A DNA stretch of 64,000 bases. Origin: Candidatus Nomurabacteria bacterium (GTDB lineage: Bacteria; Patescibacteriota; Minisyncoccia; Phycocordibacterales; UBA9973). The stretch lies in assembly GCA_026396015.1 (NCBI GenBank), contig JAPLXP010000002.1:5502-69501 (forward strand), in the 5' to 3' direction. A program made the translations under genes and the position numbers. Shown here one piece after another: positions 30,557 to 39,450 of this stretch. Position 1 is the first letter of the stretch, and every line of letters starts with the position of its first letter. A model generated the notes under the pieces. The model was not told the origin of the DNA. It worked only from the letters and a program-made list of their open reading frames with translations, and did no database searches.

Positions 30557-31027
30557 TTAAAATGATTCTTGCTTCCAGGTGACGACATCGCCTGATTTAA
30601 TTTTATTTTTGGACACTCCCATACTTGCCTTTTTACCATCCAGATAATAGAGCCAATATTTCCCCGGTGTACCAGGTACTCCATTGATACTATCCACAAA
30701 ATTCCCCAAGCTACTGTACTCCTTTGAATGAAAAGAAAATCCCGAATTTTTATCATTGTTTAGCTTTTCCATGGCATTGTATACTGTACTACCTGGATCA
30801 ACCATTATTTGATATGAATTGTCCCCTACTTCTATCTTTACACTCTCTGTATTTTTATCAACTTTATCTATACTTTTTTTCTCTTCAGTCGGTTTTACGA
30901 TTTCTTTTTTAATAACATTTTTTTGAATGATACTTTTGTTTTTTGTCTTTGCAAATGCAACGTTCGAAAAAGACAAAATCATTACCAAAAAAATGAAAAC
31001 TATTTTATTTATTTTTTTATATGTCAT
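30557..31027 (-). CDS. small secreted protein with a DUF4430-like (transcobalamin C-terminal beta-domain-like) module
   Basis: Signal peptide. C-terminal GKYWLYYLDGKKASMGVSKNKIKSGDVVTW matches the W.Y.VNG...G...LKDGD.V.W hallmark from memory; domain assignment not computed. Confidence 0.5.
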   Translation of the reverse strand: MTYKKINKIVFIFLVMILSFSNVAFAKTKNKSIIQKNVIKKEIVKPTEEKKSIDKVDKNTESVKIEVGDNSYQIMVDPGSTVYNAMEKLNNDKNSGFSFHSKEYSSLGNFVDSINGVPGTPGKYWLYYLDGKKASMGVSKNKIKSGDVVTWKQESF

Positions 31028-31257
31028 TTTTATGCGGAATTAATCCTGTTAAATAATAAAAACTCCTGCGCGAGCAGAAGTTTTTATATCCTTTTTAACA
31101 AAGAGATTTCCTGCTCGGGTAAACAATTTATATATTAAGATCGGACTTGTCTCTTGCGAGCTTTACCGTTGCGGCACAGTGGAGGAATGTATCCGTCTAT
31201 TTACATAGATTAGGATGAACCTCACTTCCAAACATATAAACTTAAATTTTAAATGAA
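31028..31257 (-). promoter_or_regulatory. long structured leader ending in an intrinsic terminator, directly upstream of the DUF4430 gene; possibly riboswitch-like
   Basis: Minus-strand transcript carries blocks resembling the cobalamin-riboswitch core (CCGCAACGGTAAAG; CCCGAGCAGGAAATC), then a CTTCTGC-TCGC-GCAGGAG hairpin plus U-run about 30 nt before the start codon. No canonical B12 box seen. Confidence 0.3.
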
Positions 31258-31779
31258 TTACACTCGGACAATTTCAGGGATACTTACCAATATATCACTT
31301 TCCTTCATCACCCATTTTTCAATCATTGGTGAGAGAACTATAGCAAAGGATACATTGGAAAGCAAATGAATAGCAGTGAATGGAATCTGCCCAAGAACTG
31401 CAGACATGAATGGCTGGCCAAAGAATATCGGACCCATAGTCAAACCTGTAGCAGCATCAAATGCGATAGTCGCTACGAATGCGTATTTTGCATAATTCTT
31501 CCAGCCAGTACGATTCTTGAAATAGAGACTAGCCCCAATACCTACCAATCCATAGGATAGACCTGCGATGAGTGTCCACACACCGAATCCTGCAGTCACA
31601 GAATCATATAGTACGATAGACAAAAAGCCAAATAGGAATGCATACACACTTCCGTATTTACGTGATAGTGGCATTTGCATAGCCATAATAGGCTCCAGAT
31701 TTGGAGCCCTAAATGGTACTAGTCGGACTAGTAGTCCTACTATAAACAGAGATATAATTTTGATCGGATTTTTCTTCAT
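31258..31779 (-). CDS. small five-TM membrane protein, possibly an ECF-type substrate-capture (S-component-like) vitamin transporter
   Basis: 173 aa with five predicted TM helices and no other domains; directly downstream of nrdJ and upstream of the DUF4430 module. Confidence 0.3.
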   Translation of the reverse strand: MKKNPIKIISLFIVGLLVRLVPFRAPNLEPIMAMQMPLSRKYGSVYAFLFGFLSIVLYDSVTAGFGVWTLIAGLSYGLVGIGASLYFKNRTGWKNYAKYAFVATIAFDAATGLTMGPIFFGQPFMSAVLGQIPFTAIHLLSNVSFAIVLSPMIEKWVMKESDILVSIPEIVRV

Positions 31780-31792
31780 ACGTTTTTATAAC

Positions 31793-34162
31793 TTACACTA
31801 TATCGCAAACTCCTGCAACACAAGCCAGTTCTTTCTTTACTTCTGTCTCATCACGTAGCTCATAAGTCACAATCTTTGAGAAATCAAATTCTGGCATACG
31901 ACTTGTGAGTTCGTTGTACATCTTTTCACTGATAGCCTCGTACGGAGCTAGTTGATACACGTGATTTGAGCGTGGAAGGAATGATAGACCTCCTACGATA
32001 TCCCAGTTCTGATATAGCCAGTGTGCGACTTTGATCCATTCATTTTCCCCTACTGAGATAGTCACAGAAGGATTGTGCTCTGTATAATTTACCTTTACGA
32101 TCTTCCAGTGTTCTAGCTGATCAATAGCAGAGATGTCATCCTTACAGATAGCACCATCTGGAGCCTTCATTGGGAATTCCAATACAAAAGTATTCGCATC
32201 TTCATGAGACTGCCCTACTTCTGGATGAAATGGTACCCCTTGATCCTTCATCATCTTGAATAGTGAGTCAGTAGCAGAGATACGCACACGACGGATATAG
32301 AATGGTGAGTGACGTGGGTGCATACCTGATGCACAGTCCACAGTCTGGGACACAGTACCAGAAGGCTTTACAGCTGTGATACATGTTGACTCACTTACAC
32401 CAAATTTCTTTGCATAAATCTTGTTGATACGGATAGACTCAAGGCGGAGCTTTTCTAGCATTTTTGCATCACGAGCAAGAGTTGAGTCCCATTGTCCAGT
32501 CACAGATACACCAAGGAGTCTTTCCTCATCACAATTCTCTTTCCATTCCTTTGAAAGGTATCCAAATTTTGTAAGAGTAGATTGGTATGTACCTAGTATT
32601 GTAGCTACACGAATTTTTCTCATTAAAGTTTTTTCAGTATCCTCTGCACGAGCTACAACTTCTGAAAGATTACAGAATTGTTTTGAACGGAGGATGATCT
32701 CTCCACAAGGATTTGTACCCATCTCCCCTATAAAATCTGCAGACTTTTCTACACGTCTTTTTGGTAGTGATGTAGTTAGTGATCCACGGTTAAATATTCC
32801 ACGTTCACCTGTACCTGATTCCATCAATGCGATCCATTCTTTTAGGAATTCAGTCTCTGTTGGTTTTGTATTGTAAACTGCTGAGTTATTTGCAAGCATT
32901 CTCTGGCCTTCTGCATTCCAGAACTGACCATTCTTTGCATCACGCATATCCTGATCATCTAGATCAGATAATGATATTAGAGCTGAACGACGTACTCCTC
33001 CAGATACTACACATTCACCAATCTTACAGATGATATCGTGCGCATCGATATTTCGAAGATGTCTTCCTTGACGACGAATTATTCTCTCCCTAGTAAAACC
33101 TAGTAGGTCAATGAGTGGTTTTGGACCAGAACTCTTGCCTCCCATAATCTTAAGTCTTGCGCCAGATGGACGAAGTTGTGAGAAATCAAAATTTACATCT
33201 TCACCGTTGAACCATGTCTTCATACCAAATACGAGTGCATCTGCCCATCCTTCTTTTGTATCAGGCACTACATATGTAGGAACTTTTTTACCTGTCTGAG
33301 TTTTTATCTGAGGTAGTGATTGGATATTCTGACTCTCTACAGAGAATCCTACTCCTGTACCACACATAGAGATATAAACTATCTCTCCGAAGTCTTGGAA
33401 TTTTGAAGGTGCGATGAATGAACAGTTGTATGCACACACATTTGTCTTCTCTGCTGCAGGACCTGCAAATTGAAGTAGACGCATAGAAGGCATAGCCTCT
33501 TGCTTTAGAATACCCTCACGAACTTCTGCATACTCTTCAGCAGATAACATGTTTGAAAGTTTACCCTTCATGAATTCCATATAGCGATCTACCGTCTCGA
33601 TCCATGTCTCTCTGCGATTCTGATCCTCAATCCATTTTGCATAAGTACGGTAATAGACGAATTCAGAAAGTGGATTTCTAAAATATTGTTTACTATCATC
33701 TGCAAGTTTCTTTACGCGAGCTGGTACAGACATACTATGTGAACGGAGACGTGCACGCTCCTCACGATACAATATGTAGTGCTTTGAAGTTCTGACATAA
33801 TCAGAGAGCATCAATTCTTGTTCTACACTATCCTGTATACCCTCTACTGTAGGGATAAAGTTTTTGTATTTCTTTGCAATTTTTATCATGTCCATCAAAA
33901 CACGACTAGCCACTAGATGCGCCTCTTCTATTGATCCCTCACCTGCGGCAATCATAGCTTTATTAATAGCATTCGTAATTTTTTCAATATCAAATGCTAC
34001 AGTTGATCCGTCACGACGTTGAACACTCTTAATAAAATTATTTTTTATTTTTATTTCTGTTTTTTTAACAGGAGCTGCCTCTACTTTTTCAACAACCTCT
34101 ACTTTTTTCGCGACCACTTTCTCCCTCTTTGTAGCTTTAACTACTTTCTTTTTTGATGGCAT
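31793..34162 (-). CDS. nrdJ: class II (adenosylcobalamin-dependent) ribonucleotide reductase with N-terminal ATP-cone and a Lys/Glu/Val-rich N-terminal extension
   Basis: Active-site TNPCGEI, ATP-cone (VQRRDGSTVAFDIEKITNAINKA). Start set at MPSKKK downstream of a near-consensus promoter. Confidence 0.85.
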   Translation of the reverse strand: MPSKKKVVKATKREKVVAKKVEVVEKVEAAPVKKTEIKIKNNFIKSVQRRDGSTVAFDIEKITNAINKAMIAAGEGSIEEAHLVASRVLMDMIKIAKKYKNFIPTVEGIQDSVEQELMLSDYVRTSKHYILYREERARLRSHSMSVPARVKKLADDSKQYFRNPLSEFVYYRTYAKWIEDQNRRETWIETVDRYMEFMKGKLSNMLSAEEYAEVREGILKQEAMPSMRLLQFAGPAAEKTNVCAYNCSFIAPSKFQDFGEIVYISMCGTGVGFSVESQNIQSLPQIKTQTGKKVPTYVVPDTKEGWADALVFGMKTWFNGEDVNFDFSQLRPSGARLKIMGGKSSGPKPLIDLLGFTRERIIRRQGRHLRNIDAHDIICKIGECVVSGGVRRSALISLSDLDDQDMRDAKNGQFWNAEGQRMLANNSAVYNTKPTETEFLKEWIALMESGTGERGIFNRGSLTTSLPKRRVEKSADFIGEMGTNPCGEIILRSKQFCNLSEVVARAEDTEKTLMRKIRVATILGTYQSTLTKFGYLSKEWKENCDEERLLGVSVTGQWDSTLARDAKMLEKLRLESIRINKIYAKKFGVSESTCITAVKPSGTVSQTVDCASGMHPRHSPFYIRRVRISATDSLFKMMKDQGVPFHPEVGQSHEDANTFVLEFPMKAPDGAICKDDISAIDQLEHWKIVKVNYTEHNPSVTISVGENEWIKVAHWLYQNWDIVGGLSFLPRSNHVYQLAPYEAISEKMYNELTSRMPEFDFSKIVTYELRDETEVKKELACVAGVCDIV

Positions 34163-34265
34163 ATTTTTTCTAAAATTAATGATAAATTGCACTTTTAATA
34201 CTTTGGACTATTATTATACCGCCGTCAAAATTGCATGCCAATACCCAAAACAACCAAAAAAGCAC
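34141..34265. repeat. copy A of a 125-bp direct repeat (nrdJ 5' region including the first six codons)
   Basis: About 85 percent identical overall to 35141-35266, with a 48-nt perfect core ATACTTTGGACTATTATTATACCGCCGTCAAAATTGCATGCCAATACC. Confidence 0.85.
34204..34232 (-). promoter_or_regulatory. sigma70-type promoter of nrdJ (copy A)
   Basis: On the minus strand: -35 TTGGCA, 17-nt spacer, -10 TATAAT, about 40 nt upstream of the nrdJ ATG. Confidence 0.55.
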
Positions 34266-34385
34266 TATGTCCGACACTTCCAAAGCCGTCAACAGCTCCC
34301 CAGATAGAGCAATAAAACAAAAGTTATTTTTAGAAAAAAATTTTCAAACTAAAAAACTACAAAAAATTTCATTTTTTGTAGTTTT

Positions 34386-34826
34386 TTATCCAATTTTTTC
34401 AATTTTACAGCTCTTTACGTTATAGCTCTCATCAAAAATTGTCTCCCCTTCAAAATATTCTCTTTTCAAAAAGTATGGATACCAGGCGACATCACTGCGC
34501 CACATTTTTCCATAAGGGATCTCGTTTACATTGAACCAAAAGGGTGACATCTCATCAGTCTCTACCAATTCCCCCGTCCAATCTTGCCCTTCATATATAT
34601 GGACTTCTTTAAATGAATCAGTTAATTCGAATTTCATTCTTCCACGAAGCTCGTATTTTAATAAATCCAAACCTGATTCTTCTTTCATCTCACGCACTAG
34701 TGCCTGCTCCACCGTCTCCCCCGCGTCAACCTTGCCACCATAGCCATTGTAGTTCCCAGCGCCAAAACGAACCTTCTTCAAACCCAGCAAAAACTCATCC
34801 CCTTTTCTTAATATACAGAGAGTCAT
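34386..34826 (-). CDS. NUDIX hydrolase (MutT-like)
   Basis: Nudix box GGKVDAGETVEQALVREMKEESGL. Confidence 0.8.
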   Translation of the reverse strand: MTLCILRKGDEFLLGLKKVRFGAGNYNGYGGKVDAGETVEQALVREMKEESGLDLLKYELRGRMKFELTDSFKEVHIYEGQDWTGELVETDEMSPFWFNVNEIPYGKMWRSDVAWYPYFLKREYFEGETIFDESYNVKSCKIEKIG

Positions 34827-34866
34827 GACTTGTGTAGGTTTTTGAATGTTGTTTTGCATATAATTT

Positions 34867-35157
34867 TTAAAACAAATCTGCATGACTACCTATATCTAAT
34901 AAAATTAATATCAAAATATTTTTATCTATCTTGTAAATCAGTAGTAAGTCTGGTTTTATATGGCATTCCCTGTATCCATCATACTCCCCATGCAATTTGT
35001 GATCTTTATGCTTTAAATGTAAAGAATCACCCGAAGCTAATGTATCTAAAACTTTATCAATATCAGTAATTTTAACCTTTCCACTAGAAAGTATTTTCTC
35101 GAGAGATTTTTGATATCTTTTATTCTGAATTATTAAATATTTCTTTTTTGATGGCAT
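34867..35157 (-). CDS. yafQ: type II toxin-antitoxin system toxin, YafQ/RelE family
   Basis: C-terminal YDGYRECHIKPDLLLIYKIDKNILILILLDIGSHADLF matches the YafQ signature. The N-terminus MPSKKK is identical to nrdJ because of the duplicated 5' region. Confidence 0.75.
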   Translation of the reverse strand: MPSKKKYLIIQNKRYQKSLEKILSSGKVKITDIDKVLDTLASGDSLHLKHKDHKLHGEYDGYRECHIKPDLLLIYKIDKNILILILLDIGSHADLF

Positions 35158-35266
35158 AGTTTTTTATTGTTAATGATAATGTATCCTCCGATACTTTGGA
35201 CTATTATTATACCGCCGTCAAAATTGCATGCCAATACCTAAAACGGACAAAAAACACTATGTCGGA
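35141..35266. repeat. copy B of the 125-bp direct repeat, between the dinJ-like and yafQ-like genes
   Basis: Carries the same -35 TTGGCA / -10 TATAAT promoter (35205-35233) and CTTTTTTGATGGCAT (MPSKKK) start as copy A. Confidence 0.85.
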
Positions 35267-35273
35267 CACATTT

Positions 35274-35549
35274 CTATTTATAAAAATCTTTTCCAATTAT
35301 ATCTTCATGCATTTCACGAGCACTATTATATCTTTTCCCATTCTTAAGAGCATCCTCCACTTCCCTATCCCATTCTGCACGAATAGCAGCAGGATTCTTA
35401 GTCGGCTTGAAAGGTATACCATTCTCATTTACAACTTGATTTAAAAACAATTTAATTCCAGACGACAAATCCAGACCCATAGACTCGAGAGTCTTTTGAG
35501 CTTTATCTTTAGTCTTTTTTTCTATTCTTATATTAATTGTTGTATTCAT
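35274..35549 (-). CDS. dinJ: type II antitoxin, DinJ/RelB family
   Basis: MNTTINIRIEKKTKDKAQKTLESMGLDLSSGIKLFLNQVVNENGIPF matches the RelB/DinJ ribbon-helix-helix antitoxins. Confidence 0.75.
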   Translation of the reverse strand: MNTTINIRIEKKTKDKAQKTLESMGLDLSSGIKLFLNQVVNENGIPFKPTKNPAAIRAEWDREVEDALKNGKRYNSAREMHEDIIGKDFYK

Positions 35550-35603
35550 ATTACTAGTATATACAATGTACATACATTGTCAAGACATTACTCATGTATA
35601 ACA

Positions 35604-35629
35604 AAAACCACCCAGTTGGGTGGTTTTTG
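35604..35629 (-). terminator. fusA terminator
   Basis: AAAAACCACCC-AGTT-GGGTGGTTTTT hairpin about 100 nt after the fusA stop. Confidence 0.6.
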
Positions 35630-35728
35630 TCTAATTTTGTAAATTATTTTCTTGCTTCAATAATACTTGTCGCCATTCCAAAGGAAAGAGTACTTCCTAC
35701 GGGACAGACATTTTGAGGTGTGAGTATA

Positions 35729-37870
35729 TTACTTACGTGCCTCAATAATTGCTGTCGCAACGTTCTGGGGTACTATGTCGTAACGTAGGAATTCCATAGT
35801 GAATCCTGCGCGACCCTCTGTCATAGAACGTAGAGTTGTCATATAACCGAACATTTCAGATAGTGGAACGACAGCTTTCACTGCTTGGTTCATACCACGT
35901 TGTTCCATACCTTCGATCAATCCACGCTTTGAAGATAGACTTCCTGTCACATCTCCCATGAATTTATCTGGAGTCACAACTTCAACATTCATCATAGGTT
36001 CGAGTATTACTGGGCGAGCCATCTTACATGCATCCTGGACTGCCATACTAGCTGCGATCTTGAAAGCCATTTCGTTTGAGTCCACATCGTGGTAACTTCC
36101 ATCCCATAGCTCGACAGATACATTTTCCAATTTGAATCCTGCGAGTACTCCACGATCAAGACCTTCTTTGAATCCTTTTTCACAAGCTGGAATATATTCT
36201 TGTGGAATAGCACCTCCCTTGATTGTGTTAACAAATTCAAATCCTTTTTCACGCTTTGTATTTCTTGGTAGATCTTCGATTGCAATACTCTGATCCATTG
36301 GCTTGATGCGAATCTTTACGTGACCATAGTTTCCACGTCCTCCTGATTGCTTGATGTACTTACCTTCTACACTTGCCTCACCTGTGATTGTCTCACGGTA
36401 TGCAACCTGTGGCTTACCTACATTTGTCTCCACTGCGAATTCACGCTTCATACGATCAACAATGATTTCAAGGTGGAGTTCTCCCATACCTGCGATTATT
36501 GTCTCGTTTGTCTCCTGATCTGTAGCAACACGGAATGTAGGATCTTCTTGTGCAAGACGATTCAATGCCATACCCATTTTCTCTTGGTCAGCTTTTGTCT
36601 TTGGTTCTACACGTAGAGAGATAACTGGCTCTGGGAAGATGATACGTACTAGCTCTGCTGGTGCATTTTCATCACAAAGAGTATCTGAAGTTATAGTATC
36701 TTTCAATCCTACTGCAGCTGCGATTTCTCCAGCGTACACCTTCTTTACTTCTTCACGATCATTGGCATGCATACGCAAGATTCGTCCGATACGTTCCTTG
36801 TTTCTTGTACGAGGGTTGTATACATATGAACCTGCAGTTACAGATCCAGAGTAGACACGGAAGAATATAATCTGTCCTACGAATGGGTCAGTAGCAATTT
36901 TGAATGCTAGAGCTGAAAATGGTGCATCATCAGATGCCTCACGTACTAGTGGCTCGTCTGTATTTGGATCGATACCTGTGATTGGAGGAATATCTGTAGG
37001 AGCTGGTAGATAGTCTACAACAGCGTCAAGCACTAGTTGAACTCCCTTATTCTTTAGAGCTGATCCAGCGAATACTGGGAATACATCGTTGGCGATAACT
37101 GCCTTTCTCATCAATTTCTTCAAAGTAGCATAATCAGGAATCTTTCCTTCAAAGTATGCATTCATCACAGCTTCATCTTGCTCTACGATCTTTTCGATCA
37201 ATTCTGCATGATATTTTTCTGCTTCTGCTTTATATTCTTCTGGAATTTCCTTTTCAATAACTTTGTTACCCATCTCCCCTTCAAAGTAGAAAGCCTTCAT
37301 CTTCAATAGGTCGATCACACCTTCGTGATGCTCTTCAAGACCAATTGGGATTTGCATACGGATAGCTTTTTTAGTAAGTCTATCTAGGATAGTTTTATAT
37401 GAGTGCTCAAAAGATGCGCCTGTACGGTCAAGCTTGTTTACGAAACAAATACGTGGCACATTGGCCTCGTCAGCATAACGCCAGTTTGTCTCTGATTGTG
37501 GTTCTACACCAGCAACTCCATCGAATACAACTACAGCACCATCGAGTACGCGAAGTGAGCGCTTCACCTCCACAGTAAAGTCGATGTGACCTGGTGTGTC
37601 GATAATGTTGAAGCGGTGCTTCTTGTTCTTGTCGCCTGGTGCGTATGTCGGTGTCCAGAAACATGTAACAGCAGCAGATGTGATAGTGATACCACGCTCT
37701 CGCTCTTGTTCCATCCAGTCTGTTGTCGTCTCGCCATCATGCACTTCACCTATCTTGTGTGATACACCAGTGTAAAACAATACACGCTCTGTTGTTGTAG
37801 TCTTACCCGCATCAATGTGGGCAATAATACCTATATTTCTAACTTTTTCTAAAGGATAATCTCTTTCCAT
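35729..37870 (-). CDS. fusA: elongation factor G
   Basis: G-domain [21 protein letters not shown]; full five-domain length. Start set at MERDYPL; the longer ORF's N-terminal extension is spurious. Confidence 0.95.
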   Translation of the reverse strand: MERDYPLEKVRNIGIIAHIDAGKTTTTERVLFYTGVSHKIGEVHDGETTTDWMEQERERGITITSAAVTCFWTPTYAPGDKNKKHRFNIIDTPGHIDFTVEVKRSLRVLDGAVVVFDGVAGVEPQSETNWRYADEANVPRICFVNKLDRTGASFEHSYKTILDRLTKKAIRMQIPIGLEEHHEGVIDLLKMKAFYFEGEMGNKVIEKEIPEEYKAEAEKYHAELIEKIVEQDEAVMNAYFEGKIPDYATLKKLMRKAVIANDVFPVFAGSALKNKGVQLVLDAVVDYLPAPTDIPPITGIDPNTDEPLVREASDDAPFSALAFKIATDPFVGQIIFFRVYSGSVTAGSYVYNPRTRNKERIGRILRMHANDREEVKKVYAGEIAAAVGLKDTITSDTLCDENAPAELVRIIFPEPVISLRVEPKTKADQEKMGMALNRLAQEDPTFRVATDQETNETIIAGMGELHLEIIVDRMKREFAVETNVGKPQVAYRETITGEASVEGKYIKQSGGRGNYGHVKIRIKPMDQSIAIEDLPRNTKREKGFEFVNTIKGGAIPQEYIPACEKGFKEGLDRGVLAGFKLENVSVELWDGSYHDVDSNEMAFKIAASMAVQDACKMARPVILEPMMNVEVVTPDKFMGDVTGSLSSKRGLIEGMEQRGMNQAVKAVVPLSEMFGYMTTLRSMTEGRAGFTMEFLRYDIVPQNVATAIIEARK

Positions 37871-38012
37871 ATATATAAATCTTACTAATAAAATAAAAAA
37901 CCCCGTAAGGCATTTGTCCCTAGAATATACCACATATGGACTTTTTTGCAACAAAAAAGTGCTATTTATTTTTTGTAAATAAACAGCACTTTGAGCTACT
38001 TTTTTAGAATAC

Positions 38013-38564
38013 TTAACAAGTGATAATGAAATGTCGGGCAGATTCTTCAGAGAGGGCTTGTTTGCGTCTGAATTCTCTACGGAATTCCATAAGTTCATCA
38101 TTCATCTCTTCCATTTCTTTAAAGAATTTAGGGTCTGATTCATAAACCTTACCATTGTATATGAAGATTGAATTTTTTGGCTTCTTAGATTTTTTTAATC
38201 CTTCTTTGAGCCAATAATTAATTGATTCCTCAGCCATTGGTACGATCTTTTCAATGGCATTGTTGTCGAGATCTTTTTTTGAATTAAATTCAATTAACCC
38301 ACTGGTTTTTTGAGAAAATACATTATTAATCAATTCCCCTATCTTTTGGATCTGTTCAAATTCGTTTTCAGGAAAATCGATAGTTTTCAAATCAAACAAG
38401 GTGTGACCTATAAGACTAGCAGTTGCCCAAATATTTTTACCTCTTTTTTGAGGGTCAAGATTACTCCTCGAGCAAACTTTGACCAATTCATCATGTGTAA
38501 GCATTTTTTTAAGATTTATTTTGTTTTTCTTCAGATTACCACTTTCAGGTTTTTTGTCAAACAA
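38013..38564 (-). CDS. hypothetical protein (183 aa) inserted between rpsG and fusA
   Basis: No recognisable family; sits just after an intrinsic terminator, so the true start may be the internal MLTHDEL. Confidence 0.5.
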   Translation of the reverse strand: MFDKKPESGNLKKNKINLKKMLTHDELVKVCSRSNLDPQKRGKNIWATASLIGHTLFDLKTIDFPENEFEQIQKIGELINNVFSQKTSGLIEFNSKKDLDNNAIEKIVPMAEESINYWLKEGLKKSKKPKNSIFIYNGKVYESDPKFFKEMEEMNDELMEFRREFRRKQALSEESARHFIITC

Positions 38565-38571
38565 AAAAAAG

Positions 38572-38605
38572 CCTGCATAAAATACAGGCTTTTAAAATTC
38601 TAGTT
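38572..38605 (-). terminator. intrinsic terminator after the 242-aa hypothetical gene
   Basis: AGCCTG-CATAAAATA-CAGGCT hairpin with an 8-nt U-run on the minus-strand transcript. Confidence 0.6.
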
Positions 38606-38611
38606 GGTACA

Positions 38612-39340
38612 TTAGGATTTATTTAATTCAAATAAATGATGAGTATCATTTTTAAATGATATAGCCAATTCACTATCAAGAGCATCTAAAATAATTTTAA
38701 CTCGCTCAATAATTAAAAGCTTGTAATAAAAAAATTCAGAGAATTTATCAGGGGTAATTAATCTTATATAAACACTAGACACCTCAACTAGTTTTAAAAC
38801 ATAGTTTTTCATCTCGATTGATGTTTTTACTTCATCTTTAAGAGAATCAAAAACCTTCTTTTCAAATGCAGATTTATTCTGATAATCAATTAAAGCTATC
38901 CGACAATCAGTCACCGCTTTATGTATATTCAAGCGAGCATTAGCATATGCCTTGCCCATTGACTGGTCCATCTCATCTATCATACCCAAGGTTGGGTCAA
39001 AAAAAGGATTTGCCCTTGAAGGCATATTTTCTATTTCTAGATATATCTCTTTTTTTGCTATCTCAGCATTGACTAATACATCTTTGCGAAGAATATCAAG
39101 TTTCAATGAATTTTCTTTGCAGATATTTTCACTTTCAAGAAGAAGTGCTAAATTTTCGGATGAATACATATCTACTCTCTTTGTATTTATGTAATGCTTG
39201 ATATTTTGAATTTGATCCTCAATATCATTTTTTAGTTTTATTTTACGAGACCGTGCTTGTAAACTTTTTACTAAGGGTAAAACCCAATAATGACATACTA
39301 TCACGATGATAATAATGCCTGTTATTATTCCTATTTTCAT
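38612..39340 (-). CDS. hypothetical membrane-anchored protein (242 aa; N-terminal TM, helical/coiled-coil body)
   Basis: No confident family; not LemA (the motif after the TM helix is missing). Confidence 0.5.
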   Translation of the reverse strand: MKIGIITGIIIIVIVCHYWVLPLVKSLQARSRKIKLKNDIEDQIQNIKHYINTKRVDMYSSENLALLLESENICKENSLKLDILRKDVLVNAEIAKKEIYLEIENMPSRANPFFDPTLGMIDEMDQSMGKAYANARLNIHKAVTDCRIALIDYQNKSAFEKKVFDSLKDEVKTSIEMKNYVLKLVEVSSVYIRLITPDKFSEFFYYKLLIIERVKIILDALDSELAISFKNDTHHLFELNKS

Positions 39341-39388
39341 ATTTAAAATTGTTTGTTTATTTTCAATGTACTCTTTTATTTTAAATTG

Positions 39389-39418
39389 TCAATAAAAATA
39401 AAACAGCAAAACTCCCCA
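39389..39418 (-). terminator. terminator after rpsG
   Basis: CTCCCC-GAAT-GGGGAG hairpin plus U-run on the minus-strand transcript. Confidence 0.55.
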
Positions 39419-39450
39419 TTCGGGGAGCCTTGTGTTTGAGTCTATTTTTA

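Noticed and set aside
31028-31257. Calling the leader a canonical cobalamin riboswitch outright
   Set aside because: Only partial matches to the conserved blocks were found, and the hallmark GCCACUG B12 box followed by GGGAAGGC was not. It is kept as a hypothesis pending a covariance-model search.
34141-34265. An NrdR box in the duplicated nrdJ upstream segment (around CACTATGTCCGACAC)
   Set aside because: It does not form the 16-bp ACACwAtATaTwGTGT-type palindrome. Only one half-site-like element is present, and no NrdR is visible in the window.
34231-35444. Plus-strand ORFs 34231-34425 and 35196-35444 (64 and 82 aa)
   Set aside because: Both lie within or through the duplicated promoter/5' region of minus-strand genes and have low-complexity translations. 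They are treated as spurious.
35729-38101. The N-terminal 77-codon extension of the fusA ORF ([10 protein letters not shown]...)
   Set aside because: EF-G homology begins at [25 protein letters not shown]. The extension would overlap the upstream hypothetical gene and has no homology.
38612-39340. LemA-family assignment for the 242-aa membrane-anchored protein
   Set aside because: It lacks the conserved YN...W.Q.D motif that follows the TM helix in LemA proteins; only the general architecture is similar.
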